From an uncultured Candidatus Saccharibacteria bacterium (GTDB lineage: Bacteria > Patescibacteriota > Minisyncoccia > Phycocordibacterales > Phycocordibacteraceae), in assembly GCA_964593365.1 (NCBI GenBank), contig CAZQGQ010000002.1:21671-85670 (forward strand): a stretch of DNA of 64,000 nucleotides, read 5' to 3'. The notes under the pieces were generated by a model. The model was not told the origin of the DNA. It was given only the letters and a program-made list of their open reading frames with translations, and made no database searches. Of the stretch, positions 51,923 to 61,717 are shown one piece after another. The translations under genes were made by a program, and so were the position numbers. Within the stretch, counting starts at the first letter, position 1, and every line of letters begins with the position of its first letter.

Positions 51923-54900
51923 TCAGTTTACACTATCGTCTGACCGGGGTCGTCCCCGTCGGCGTCGTTTCCGAGACCGCTGCTCCTGCGGCACAGGCGG
52001 TGGCTGAACTTGCTTTTTTTCCCGAGCGACTCGCACGAAGTCAAAGAAGAACTCGTTTTTATTAAGATCAACGTTGCGTAGCTTTAGAACAAGCGTCTTT
52101 CCTGCGACCACTTCATTCCACGCCTTGTCGCTCATTGAAGGGATTTCCTCTCGACGCAGCTCGTACGACTTAACGCTCGGACGCGTTAAGAGAGTGATAT
52201 AGAGAGCGTTCTCACCTCGGCTTACGATGCGTGCCTGCACAATCTTCTCTGTATATTTCTCTCCGACCCGTTGGTATGGATTAACGAAAGGAATCGCCCG
52301 GGTCTTAACAAGGCGCTCAAATATGAACTCGGGAGTCGCGGCCGATGCCGATGCGCCGATATGAATAATCATCTTTTGTCCTCCCTCTCGTAATCGTGTG
52401 GTCAGAGCTTCCCGCGTACTCTTATCAAGAGGCGTTCCGTCTTTTGTGCGTAGTGAGGTGAGCGGAAGAGGATAGGATTCGAGGAGCTGTTTCTTCCCGT
52501 AATGCATCTTGACGTACACCATCCCGGTTGCCTGATCATACGCGTCTACGTGGGCAGCGATCGGCGAAGTAGGAGAAAGTGTCTGTAACTGTTTTAGGCC
52601 TCGTTCGTTCATGAGAGCCGCGATGTCGACAGTGCCAGTAACGCGCCGAAGCGTCGGGTCAATTGACCCTACCGTAAAGACGATCCGTTTCCCCCCTTCG
52701 TTCTTGGGGCTTCGAAGCAGCGCCCAGTTCTCCGCAGAAAGCTTCTCACCGGAACTGCTGCGAATGTCGTTCCTACTCATTCGCTGCGAGAAGCGGGCCC
52801 CGCCTGGAAGGTCGAACTCGAACAGAGCCACTCTCTCTTCAACCCGTACTACCCGAACAGCAATCCGAGTATCAGCAGTATTGGCTCCTAGCTTCTTCTC
52901 AAGAAGCGAAAGCGAGAGGAACGAATTCATGTCTCGTTCAGAGCGCATGATCTGCCGCTCGCGGACGTTTGCGATACCGGCTACCTCTTTCAGCTCATTC
53001 AGCGTTGCTTCGTTATCGACGGTTACCGCACGCTTGTAGAGCACGCTACTGAGCAGTCGGTGTGTTTTGATATCTGCATAGCGCCGTATGGGAGAGGTGT
53101 AATGGCCGTAGTGCCTCAGTGTTAGCCCAAAATGTATTTCCTTACCTCCAAGCCCCTCTTGCGTCTCGACAGCGTATCCAGCCTTTTCCATGGTCCTCAC
53201 GAGCGTAGCTTCTTTGCGAATCTGCACGTCTTCACGCGGCTCAGCATCAATGCGAGCTCGTATCGCTTCCAAAATCTCGTGAGGCCTATAGGCGCCCTCC
53301 CCGTCCCAAATATCCTCGTACCCTATGCCCTTAAGCAGAGCGAGGATATTTCCTTTTTGTGGCGGTCGGTGAACACGCAGAAATGCGACCGCACCGGGCG
53401 CGGCCTGTAAAGTAGTTTTAGTCACTTCCTCGTTTGCCTTTATCATCATGTGCTCGATGAGCTTCATGCTCTCAAGCGGCTTTCCTTGGCTTGCTTGAAC
53501 CGGCTCTCCTTTCGCATTCAATTCAAACTCAATGTCTCCTCCTACGGTGGTCAGCATAACGAAGCCGTCTTTTTCCATCAGCTTCTCGAAGTGTTTGGAA
53601 AACGACTGTAACGCTACGAGTTCCTCATGCCACTCGGCATTCTTATCTTTCAGGTCTTTCTGCGCCTGCTGATAGGTAGAGCGGCGCTTTGAGTTCATGA
53701 CCGTTCGTACATGGTGTACTTCAGGCTCTGGAGGCTCTTCAGGATTTTCCCAGGTAGCTCGAGGCGGATAGATAAGGTATGTCGTGAACGCAAGGCGGTC
53801 CTCCCCTTCCACAAGACTGCACAGGAGGTTCGCTAGCACTTCAGGGAAAAGCGGTAGTGTTTTCGGCAAGTACTGCGTTGCCTGCCTGAACTGCGCAATA
53901 AGATCGAGTGGAGAACCGGAAGGTATAAGCGCTGTCGGGTCTGCAATATGTACCCCAACCTCGATGCGTCCGTCCGGAAGCTCCCGATACGAAAGCGCGT
54001 CATCGAAATCCTTGGCTTGCTTGGGATCAATGGTAAATGTCCGGATGTCACGAATGTCGAGTCGGTTGGATCCGTGTACATACTTGTCCAAGGAGTCGAC
54101 AAGAGGATCTGAACCAAGCTCCCACTCCTGCAGACAGCGGACGACAAGCTCGTCCGTTGAGACTTTTCCTGATTTCAAGTCACGCGCCAGGTCTTCGAGG
54201 AACCTTATCTGTTCGTGAAGCTTCTCTGCCGTAAGGCTCTCAAGACGTCCTTTCAGTATCGGGAAGCGGTGAGGATCAAGATATTCAGCGTACGCCTTTA
54301 TGTCTTCGTCATTTAGCTGTTCGACACGCTTGGCGCCGTTTGGCGTTCTAAGCGCAATTGCTTCTGCTTCAATGACAGCATTGCCTGCCTCTCCGATTAC
54401 TCGTGAAAGCTTCCATTCTTCCTCTTGTATATTTGGTTCGCGAGCAAGGATTACTTTCAAGCCGCGGACGCTTGAGCCGACATCAAGTGCAGTAAGTGGG
54501 AGCACAAGAGGCTGGCGAGTGAGGATAAAGCTATCAGGGTACGCAACAAGAGCTGGGCCCCGATTCGTTTGTTCGAGGCGAACTGTTGCAACAACCTTAT
54601 GAGGATAGCGTTCAACGATGCGAACGACTTCCGCGCTTTCACCATCCGGTGACATGTGGACGTCTACAACATCTCGCGCAAGAGCGCCGTTGGTAATGAC
54701 GGGAATTTCTCTGTCGTTGTCGAGGAGGACGAGCTCGCTATCCGTTGCGCCCCTAAAAAGAATCGCGCGGGTTGTTATTAAGGATTCCTTCTGCTCTTGC
54801 TTCCGCTTCGGCCTCACTGCCTTCCCTGTCACTTCTTTCATGAGCGCAGCGAGTTCCTTCTCTTCCGCACCTTCAGGAAGTGATGGCTCACCGGAGCTTT

Positions 54901-55312
54901 CCGGCTCTCCGAGATAGCGCTCAAGCGCCTCGTCGTCCGCAAGGCTTGACTGTCGTGCTACAGCCTTAGAGTCCAAGACGCCTGGCTCCTCTGTTAGGAC
55001 TTCTGCTTTCTGTACAGGAGGCGCGGACTTCACTGGTTGTTCCTTATCTATTACCATCCCGACATATACCGGCGTTCCTCCTCCTACGAAACGGTGCCAT
55101 GAAAATGTAAGTGTTTCTCCAGCAGCGAAAGAACGCTTGGGAATCTCGATCACTAGCGGATGTTCCTTCCCTTTTTCATGGACACGGAGCTTGATGGTCT
55201 GTGCTTCTACGTCTTCGCCCACGAGCGGATGCTCGCTCTCGGGAACGATAGTGACCTCCATCCGCTTTAGCGGTTGGCGCTCGAGGTTAGGAATAAAGCC
55301 GTTTTGGCTCAT
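51923..55312 (-). CDS. rnr: Ribonuclease R (RNB family) with long N- and C-terminal extensions
   Basis: 1129 aa. RNB motif I DPKQAKDFDDA begins about 440 residues in. S1-like domain. Arginine-rich tail RSRKRRRRGRPRSDD. Confidence 0.8.
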   Translation of the reverse strand: MSQNGFIPNLERQPLKRMEVTIVPESEHPLVGEDVEAQTIKLRVHEKGKEHPLVIEIPKRSFAAGETLTFSWHRFVGGGTPVYVGMVIDKEQPVKSAPPVQKAEVLTEEPGVLDSKAVARQSSLADDEALERYLGEPESSGEPSLPEGAEEKELAALMKEVTGKAVRPKRKQEQKESLITTRAILFRGATDSELVLLDNDREIPVITNGALARDVVDVHMSPDGESAEVVRIVERYPHKVVATVRLEQTNRGPALVAYPDSFILTRQPLVLPLTALDVGSSVRGLKVILAREPNIQEEEWKLSRVIGEAGNAVIEAEAIALRTPNGAKRVEQLNDEDIKAYAEYLDPHRFPILKGRLESLTAEKLHEQIRFLEDLARDLKSGKVSTDELVVRCLQEWELGSDPLVDSLDKYVHGSNRLDIRDIRTFTIDPKQAKDFDDALSYRELPDGRIEVGVHIADPTALIPSGSPLDLIAQFRQATQYLPKTLPLFPEVLANLLCSLVEGEDRLAFTTYLIYPPRATWENPEEPPEPEVHHVRTVMNSKRRSTYQQAQKDLKDKNAEWHEELVALQSFSKHFEKLMEKDGFVMLTTVGGDIEFELNAKGEPVQASQGKPLESMKLIEHMMIKANEEVTKTTLQAAPGAVAFLRVHRPPQKGNILALLKGIGYEDIWDGEGAYRPHEILEAIRARIDAEPREDVQIRKEATLVRTMEKAGYAVETQEGLGGKEIHFGLTLRHYGHYTSPIRRYADIKTHRLLSSVLYKRAVTVDNEATLNELKEVAGIANVRERQIMRSERDMNSFLSLSLLEKKLGANTADTRIAVRVVRVEERVALFEFDLPGGARFSQRMSRNDIRSSSGEKLSAENWALLRSPKNEGGKRIVFTVGSIDPTLRRVTGTVDIAALMNERGLKQLQTLSPTSPIAAHVDAYDQATGMVYVKMHYGKKQLLESYPLPLTSLRTKDGTPLDKSTREALTTRLREGGQKMIIHIGASASAATPEFIFERLVKTRAIPFVNPYQRVGEKYTEKIVQARIVSRGENALYITLLTRPSVKSYELRREEIPSMSDKAWNEVVAGKTLVLKLRNVDLNKNEFFFDFVRVAREKKQVQPPPVPQEQRSRKRRRRGRPRSDDSVN

Positions 55313-55317
55313 AGGTG

Positions 55318-55584
55318 TTATGCGAATGTAAGCACGCTATCGTGGATGTCCTCAATGATAGGACCGATAACGTCACGTGCTTGCGGCACATGCGCTTCGA
55401 TGAAGGCGCTTATCTTCTCTTCATCCCCCTCAGCAAGCACTTCTTCAAACTCGGCAAGCCGTTCACTAGGGAGCGCATCAATGACCGCGAGCGATATCGT
55501 CTCAAGCATGGTCATCTCCAGCGAGTCAGCCGTATCGCTTGAAGCGAGCGGTATTCCAAGGAACATGGGAGTTGCGTTTGTCAT
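55318..55584 (-). CDS. Hypothetical small acidic protein
   Basis: 88 aa ORF 3 nt downstream of ORF 55588..56604. Confidence 0.35.
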   Translation of the reverse strand: MTNATPMFLGIPLASSDTADSLEMTMLETISLAVIDALPSERLAEFEEVLAEGDEEKISAFIEAHVPQARDVIGPIIEDIHDSVLTFA

Positions 55585-55587
55585 GGT

Positions 55588-56604
55588 TTATTTCGTATCG
55601 AACGGTCCCTCATACGGCTGGGGGCCATTTTGCGTATCGAGCAGCACCTGCGGATTCCCCGTTGGGGTATTCAAAACGATCTCGACTTTTTGCTTACCAT
55701 CAACCGTCACTATGGTGATAACAAAGGAGCTTTGCTCTTGCGGATTTACATAAGGAAGAAGCGCAGACTCGCCTTCGTCATTTAAAAGATTCAACTGACG
55801 AGCGAGCACGTCAGCCTGCTCGTCGAGTGTTGCTGGCAAAGGAATTTCAAGCTGACTAAACAGTGACTGCAGATTCGCTTGCCCCATGCGTGGAAGCAGG
55901 CGCTTAAAGGCATGTATCGCTCCCTCCCCTTCTTGAACCAGTTCCGGAGTGAGCGTGTGCACATTGTCCCGGCTACGGAGATTCTCCTCGGTTGAGAGTC
56001 CTTCGTTATCCCATTGCTGCTGCCCTGCACTTGATTGGCCTACGTTTGGACGGGCCGTGTCTTCAGTAGGTTCAGGTTCTCGATCTGGATTAGTTGCGTA
56101 ATCAACTGCAGCTGCTGTTCCAACGGCAACGAATGCAAACGCGAGCGCTCGGAGTTTGCCTGGCACCAACTTACGAAGCGCTTCCTTTGTCCGCTTCCAC
56201 GCTTCCTGGCGTTCACTTCCAAGAAGCGATGCTTTGATTTCATTCAAGCGCTCTCGCTCTCTTCGCGCAAAGTTATCGATCAGGATTGCCTGGTGCTCTG
56301 GATCGATATTGCGACGCTCGGAATAAGCAGCAAGATCGCTCGCGAGTGTATCGCGTGCAACGTTGTATTGATTTCGCATCCAGGTAGCGAGCTTCTCTGC
56401 CTGTGGGTCCCGCGTCTTCCAGTATTGGTAATACGCAGTGAAGTACGCTTTGCGCGCTGAGAGCACCTGATCTATGCGGACTGGGGAGAAAACCCCTTCT
56501 ATCTCTGTAAAAGGCGACTCAGCAAGCTTCTGCTTGAGTACGTATTCAGGCTCACCCGGTTCAGGCTCTCGTATCCAAGCTCCCGCCATCTCAACAGTTG
56601 CCAT
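55588..56604 (-). CDS. Hypothetical protein with a central TM segment
   Basis: 338 aa. LRALAFAFVAVGTAAAV helix. No motif recognised. Confidence 0.4.
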   Translation of the reverse strand: MATVEMAGAWIREPEPGEPEYVLKQKLAESPFTEIEGVFSPVRIDQVLSARKAYFTAYYQYWKTRDPQAEKLATWMRNQYNVARDTLASDLAAYSERRNIDPEHQAILIDNFARRERERLNEIKASLLGSERQEAWKRTKEALRKLVPGKLRALAFAFVAVGTAAAVDYATNPDREPEPTEDTARPNVGQSSAGQQQWDNEGLSTEENLRSRDNVHTLTPELVQEGEGAIHAFKRLLPRMGQANLQSLFSQLEIPLPATLDEQADVLARQLNLLNDEGESALLPYVNPQEQSSFVITIVTVDGKQKVEIVLNTPTGNPQVLLDTQNGPQPYEGPFDTK

Positions 56605-56699
56605 AGGTTGTTGTTAGAAAGTGTAGCATTCGCCTTGTGGATGCGCGCGAATGGGTGAGGAATAACCTCAGTAAGTACCTATATATTATACCACCGAAA

Positions 56700-57377
56700 C
56701 TAGTCTTTTGTCAATCTTTTGGGAGCTGCAATCAGGAGATGCTCAAGAATGGGTTTCAAGGGAGCCGAGCGCTCATGGAGTATTGGAACGAAAGCATTTA
56801 AGTCTTGCAAGAATGCAATAGAATCATCCGTTCGTTTTGTTTCGTACGTCGCTCTCACCAGTTCTTGTACAAATGAAAGCGCTTCGATGCGCGCAGCCTG
56901 CTTCTCTTCTGGTTCGTTCTTCTTTGCGCGAGCGAGTATCTTCTCGATAATTTTCTCGCGCCCTACCTGCGTCGCATTCAGGAACTCCTCCCCCTTAAGC
57001 GGGGCCTCACTCCCCTCTTCAGGGAGTGCAAGCAGTCGCGAGCGAAGTGTCGTGATGATCGCACCTTCTGACGGAACAACGAGTATGAGATAGGTTCCTA
57101 GAGGAGGTTCTTCAAAGGTTTTCAAAAGAGCGTTCTGCGCTTCGTGAAAAAGGCGCTTGGCACCAATGACGATGAGCTTCTTATCGCCTCGAAGCGGCAT
57201 CCGATTCGCACTATCGATAATGGCTCGAGCATCATCGACCGAAAACAAGTCATATCGAAACGTAATGACGTCCGGATTCCCTACAGGATCCAGTGAAAGC
57301 TCGCTTGCAGCGAATGCGTGCGCTTTGGCTATTCCCTCTTCGCCGTCTCCCGCAATGAAATAGGCATGGTGTGCCAT
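56700..57377 (-). CDS. holB: DNA polymerase III delta' subunit (short)
   Basis: 225 aa. HAYFIAG.GEEG, NALLKTFEEPP and TLRSRL (SRC-like) motifs. Confidence 0.75.
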   Translation of the reverse strand: MAHHAYFIAGDGEEGIAKAHAFAASELSLDPVGNPDVITFRYDLFSVDDARAIIDSANRMPLRGDKKLIVIGAKRLFHEAQNALLKTFEEPPLGTYLILVVPSEGAIITTLRSRLLALPEEGSEAPLKGEEFLNATQVGREKIIEKILARAKKNEPEEKQAARIEALSFVQELVRATYETKRTDDSIAFLQDLNAFVPILHERSAPLKPILEHLLIAAPKRLTKD

Positions 57378-57379
57378 TG

Positions 57380-58393
57380 TTATTTTTTGGAAAGAATACT
57401 CTTCTTGTAGGTATCAAGGTGCTTGAGGGCAATGCCGGTTCCTCGCGCAACGCAGAAATAGGCTTCCTGCGCGAGTCGCGCACGAACGCCTGTGCGCCTA
57501 AACACAAGTTCCGGCATGTTGCGAAGCTGCGAGGTACCGCCGGTCAAGATGATGCCGTTATCAATAATGTCTGACGCAAGCTCGGGAGGAGTTTCCTGAA
57601 GCACCTTGCGAACCGCATTCATCATGTCGCGGAGCTCGCGGTTAGTTGCCTGCACGATCTCGTTTGATTTCAGTTCGATGGTGCGCGGAAGACCAGACAC
57701 CATGTCTCGTCCTTTGACCGGCATCGAAAGCTCTTCGCTCATGGGAACTGCCGAGCCGATAGTTATCTTTACTTCTTCTGCAGTCTTATCACCTATTGAA
57801 AGATTGAACTGCTTTTTGACGTGGTCGATGATAGCCCGATCAAGCGCGTTTCCAGCCACCTTGACCGAAGTTGAAGCGACGATGCCGCCAAGGGAGATCA
57901 CGGCGACGTCGATGGTGCCTCCTCCCATATCAGCGACCATCCGTCCTGACGGCTCATGAATCGGGATACCAGCACCAATGGCAGCGAGGATTGGCTCCTT
58001 AACGACAAAGGCATCAGCCGCACCTGCCTTCATCGCAGCTTCGATCACTGCGCGCTTTTCAGTTGACGTCACGCCTGCGGGAACGGAAACGAGAACGGTT
58101 GGCTTGAACACATTCCACTTGCCAAGCGCCTTGCGGAAAAAATAACGGAGCATCGCTTCGGTGACGCGGTAATCGGCGATCACGCCGTCTTTCATAGGGC
58201 GATACGCAGTAATGGAATCAGGAGTGCGGCCGATCATTTTCTTAGCCTCGACTCCGATAGCGACTACCTTGTTGTTTTCTGTTGAGACGGCGACCACTGA
58301 CGGCTCGTTGAGGACGATACCCTTCCCCGGCAGAAAGACCAGCACATTGGTCGTACCAAGGTCGATACCGAGTTTGGGAGAGAAAAATGCCAT
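57380..58393 (-). CDS. MreB-like actin homolog (second paralog)
   Basis: 337 aa. LGIDLGTTNVLVF and DMGGGTIDVAV motifs. About 50% identical in pattern to the mreB at 47577..48632. Confidence 0.85.
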   Translation of the reverse strand: MAFFSPKLGIDLGTTNVLVFLPGKGIVLNEPSVVAVSTENNKVVAIGVEAKKMIGRTPDSITAYRPMKDGVIADYRVTEAMLRYFFRKALGKWNVFKPTVLVSVPAGVTSTEKRAVIEAAMKAGAADAFVVKEPILAAIGAGIPIHEPSGRMVADMGGGTIDVAVISLGGIVASTSVKVAGNALDRAIIDHVKKQFNLSIGDKTAEEVKITIGSAVPMSEELSMPVKGRDMVSGLPRTIELKSNEIVQATNRELRDMMNAVRKVLQETPPELASDIIDNGIILTGGTSQLRNMPELVFRRTGVRARLAQEAYFCVARGTGIALKHLDTYKKSILSKK

Positions 58394-58489
58394 AACGTCC
58401 CTGCATGATACCGCGAGAGGCGGAAAGCCTCAAAATGTATAAAAGAAAGGTATTTCTTGAAAAGCTTCCCTTGCGCTACAATTCGGCAA

Positions 58490-59794
58490 ATGAACGCTGA
58501 ATCGAGCTTTGTTATTAACGGCGGGAAGAAGCTCTCCGGCACTATACGCACGAACCGCTCCAAAAACGGGGCGGTCGCTCTCCTTGCCGCTTCCCTCCTT
58601 AATAAAGGAACAACGACGCTTCGTAATGTCCCGAAGATCGAAGAAGTGAATCGGCTTATCGAAGTGCTCCGTTCGATCGACGTTGCAGTTGAATGGAAGG
58701 ATCATGATGTGGTCATTACTCCGCCAGAAACGCTCTCGCTTGATAACCTAGACCGAAAGGCCGCAGAGCGAACCAGAAGCATCCTCATGTTCATCGGGCC
58801 GCTTCTCCATCACTTCGAATCGTTCTATCTTCCTCAGTCTGGCGGCTGCACCTTGGGCCTTCGAAGCGTACGCCCGCATCTCTGGGCGCTTGAGCGCTTC
58901 GGCGTCTCGATCGAAGCCCTTTCTGATCGCTTCAATATTTCTCGCGGGGAGCTTAAGGCGACCGAGATCGTCTTGTACGAATCAAGCGACACGGCAACCA
59001 TCAACACGCTCCTCGTTGCTGCCGGCATCCCGGACCGCACGATCATTAAGTACGCCTCCGCCAACTACCAGGTGCAGGAAGTATGCGGCTACCTGCAAAG
59101 CTTGGGCGTTGCCGTCCACGGCATAGGCACTACGACCCTTACCGTGCTCGGAAAGACCGATATCCGCACCGATGTCGACTACTCAGTTGCCGAAGACCCT
59201 ACAGACGCCATGTTCTTCATCGCCGCAGCAGCAGCGACAAAATCGAAGCTCCGAATCGAGCGCGTGCCTATTGATTTCCTTGAAGTCGAGCTTGCGGTGC
59301 TTGAAAAGATGGGACTTGCCTTCTCCATCACGCCAGCGCCAACGTCAGAGAACGGCATCACGCGACTCGTTGACCTTGAGATTCTTCCGTCTGAACTCTC
59401 TGCCTTTCCAGAAAAGATTCACGCGCGTCCATACCCTGGACTTAATATCGACAACCTTCCCTTCTTCGCAGTCATCGCGGCCGTCGCAAATGGCACGACG
59501 ATGATCCATGACTGGGTGTACGAGAAACGCGCCATCTACTACACCGAGCTTGATCGGCTTGGCGGGGAGACACTCCTTCTTGATCCGCACCGCATCCAGA
59601 TCACCGGTCCCCGACACCTTCGAGGAGCCGAGGTGACCGCCCCGCCGGCGCTCCGCCCTGCCACCATCCTTCTTATCGGCATGCTTGCCGCAGAGGGCCG
59701 TTCTGTCCTTAAAAACGTCTATACCATCCACCGCGGCTACGAGAACCTGGCTGAGCGCCTGAAGAGCATAGGGGCCGACGTCGAGGCCAGTTAG
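58490..59794 (+). CDS. murA: UDP-N-acetylglucosamine 1-carboxyvinyltransferase
   Basis: About 434 aa from MNAESSFVINGGKKLSG. The track opens at 58457. Catalytic Cys region SGGCTLGLR. Confidence 0.85.
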   Translation: MNAESSFVINGGKKLSGTIRTNRSKNGAVALLAASLLNKGTTTLRNVPKIEEVNRLIEVLRSIDVAVEWKDHDVVITPPETLSLDNLDRKAAERTRSILMFIGPLLHHFESFYLPQSGGCTLGLRSVRPHLWALERFGVSIEALSDRFNISRGELKATEIVLYESSDTATINTLLVAAGIPDRTIIKYASANYQVQEVCGYLQSLGVAVHGIGTTTLTVLGKTDIRTDVDYSVAEDPTDAMFFIAAAAATKSKLRIERVPIDFLEVELAVLEKMGLAFSITPAPTSENGITRLVDLEILPSELSAFPEKIHARPYPGLNIDNLPFFAVIAAVANGTTMIHDWVYEKRAIYYTELDRLGGETLLLDPHRIQITGPRHLRGAEVTAPPALRPATILLIGMLAAEGRSVLKNVYTIHRGYENLAERLKSIGADVEAS

Positions 59795-59836
59795 CCCCTT
59801 CAGCTCTTTTTTGGTAGGCTAGACCCTAAGCACCCC

Positions 59837-60625
59837 ATGAAAAAAGTCGTCTCACTTCTCAAAACACATTGGTTTTTCTTTAGCTTTCTTGGGCTCATTG
59901 CGCTCATTGCAATCCTCTACACCGTTGGGCTTCGCGTTGGTCCAGGTCCTTCCATCGTTCGCGTTGGTACACTTCTCATCTCTGACGTTCCCGAGCAGAC
60001 AGAGGTGTATGTAGATGACACGCGCCGAGCGGCAGTGGTTGGCGGAGTCGCGCGCATCGCACTTTCTCCAGGTCCTCATACCGTCATCATTGCAGCGCCA
60101 GAAGCTCAGCCATGGAGCGAGCTCGTGTTGATCGAATCTGGCGAATCGTTTGAAGTCTCTCCCATCCTTGCACCAACAAGCATCCACGGAGAAAAGCTCG
60201 CGGGCGCTGATGCAGAAGCAGCACGCAAGGCAATCCTCGCCTACAAGCTTCCACTGAAAGCAGGACCCCTTTCTCTTGCAAGCGGCTGCGCTCTTGTCTA
60301 TACCGCCCAGAACCGAATCGTTGCGGAAGCGACAACGACCGAGACCTGCACGACACCTCCTGACTACCTCTGCATTGGCGAAGGGTGCGCAACGACCGTT
60401 ATCTTCCCGCCAACAGGCACACTCCGCTCCGTCTCCCCGCTTCCTGGCCGAGACGATGCCCTTCTGGTGTCTTCCGGGAACATGGTCTACGTGCTCGAGC
60501 TTGATCCCCGAGACCCGCGCTTCTTTGCTCCTCTCTATAAAGGAATCGCTCCGATTGGCATTCCAGGTACAGACGGCAAGATACTCGTTCAAGACGGCAA
60601 ACTCTTCTATCAGCTCTCTCTATGA
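59837..60625 (+). CDS. Hypothetical membrane-anchored protein with a PEGA-like domain
   Basis: 262 aa. N-terminal TM. PEQTEVYVDDTRRAAVVGGVARIALSPGPHTVII resembles a PEGA beta-sandwich. Confidence 0.4.
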   Translation: MKKVVSLLKTHWFFFSFLGLIALIAILYTVGLRVGPGPSIVRVGTLLISDVPEQTEVYVDDTRRAAVVGGVARIALSPGPHTVIIAAPEAQPWSELVLIESGESFEVSPILAPTSIHGEKLAGADAEAARKAILAYKLPLKAGPLSLASGCALVYTAQNRIVAEATTTETCTTPPDYLCIGEGCATTVIFPPTGTLRSVSPLPGRDDALLVSSGNMVYVLELDPRDPRFFAPLYKGIAPIGIPGTDGKILVQDGKLFYQLSL

Positions 60626-60903
60626 AGCACATCGGTGACCTCGTTTCGCGCATCACTAATGAGAAGACGCGCAAAACAGAGCGAGGCGAACTGATGCGCT
60701 ATTTCATCACGCGCTTGAACGCGTCGCGCGCTAAGGACGGACTTCCCCTCCTTTCGATGGCGCGTCTTGGACGGATTCTCCAGGGTATCCCGACCAAAGA
60801 TTTGTATTACCTCCAAAGCGTCTGCAATCAGTCCAAACATTTTAGTAAGAAGTTCTGGTGGGAGATCGATCCGAAGAAGCACGTCACAGAAAATCCTTTT
60901 TAG
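60622..60903 (+). CDS. Hypothetical small basic protein
   Basis: 93 aa ORF in an ATGA overlap with the previous gene. Confidence 0.35.
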   Translation: MKHIGDLVSRITNEKTRKTERGELMRYFITRLNASRAKDGLPLLSMARLGRILQGIPTKDLYYLQSVCNQSKHFSKKFWWEIDPKKHVTENPF

Positions 60904-61132
60904 TTCTTGACCTTCCATGCGCGAAAGGTATGCTCTTGCATAAGTCAGGGATCGTTTCGCAGCCTCCCTGGCCCAACCGGTGCGGGGCGGCCTACGTGAT
61001 TTCGCCGCCTCGCACCCCCCTTGTTCCCGGAATACTGTTTTAGCGATGTTGAGCGGCGTGCCTCGCACGCATGTTTATTGCTCCGTCGCGCCCTTCGTCC
61101 TCTCCCGCTGGCTCAGGCTACGAGGATGAAGG

Positions 61133-61172
61133 AAGAGCTGGCCGGTTGCTTACTTCAAGCGCCGGCCAGTTT
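61133..61172 (+). terminator. Rho-independent terminator CTGGCCGG-16nt-CCGGCCAG followed by TTTTCTGTTAT
   Basis: 8-bp GC stem followed by a T-rich tract, 18 nt before the def ATG. Confidence 0.5.
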
Positions 61173-61189
61173 TCTGTTATAGTCTTGCC

Positions 61190-61717
61190 ATGTCTATCGT
61201 CCAGGAAGGAGACCCAGTACTCCGCGAGATCGCTAAACCCTTTTCCAAGGAGGAGTTTGGCTCCAAAGAGCTCACGTCACTCATCAAAAAGATGACCGAT
61301 TTGCTCGATGTCGAGCAAAACGACTATTCAGTCGGGGTAGCGCTTGCCGCTCCCCAGATCGGGGTTTCGAAGCGCCTGTTCGTTGTCCGCTATGACCGCA
61401 CTAATCGCAAGACACGAACAGCAGGCTCAGCGCCTGACCTAGGCGTATTCATAAACCCGAAGATCATCCGCAGTTCACGCAAGCGCGTCATCATGGACGA
61501 AGGCTGCCTTTCGGTCCGCGACCTCTATGGATATGTGCCTCGTTTTGAGCGCGCCACCGTAGAGGCGTATGACGAATCTGGGAAGAAGTTCACGAGAGGT
61601 GCTGGAGGGCTCCTTGCACAAATCTTCCAGCACGAGATAGATCACCTAGACGGCATTCTGTTTATTGACCAGGCAACTGATTGCTGGCGACATGGTCCCC
61701 CTTCCGATGAACAGTAA
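61190..61717 (+). CDS. def: Peptide deformylase
   Basis: 175 aa. GVGLAAPQIG, EGCLS and QHEIDHLDG motifs. Confidence 0.9.
   Translation: MSIVQEGDPVLREIAKPFSKEEFGSKELTSLIKKMTDLLDVEQNDYSVGVALAAPQIGVSKRLFVVRYDRTNRKTRTAGSAPDLGVFINPKIIRSSRKRVIMDEGCLSVRDLYGYVPRFERATVEAYDESGKKFTRGAGGLLAQIFQHEIDHLDGILFIDQATDCWRHGPPSDEQ

Noticed and set aside
61100-61130. GATGAAGGAAGAGCTGGCC resembling the SRP RNA GGAAGGAAGCAGCC motif
   Set aside because: One-base gap relative to the consensus, no GNRA-capped helix in the right register, and the flanking sequence does not fold into the long 4.5S hairpin.
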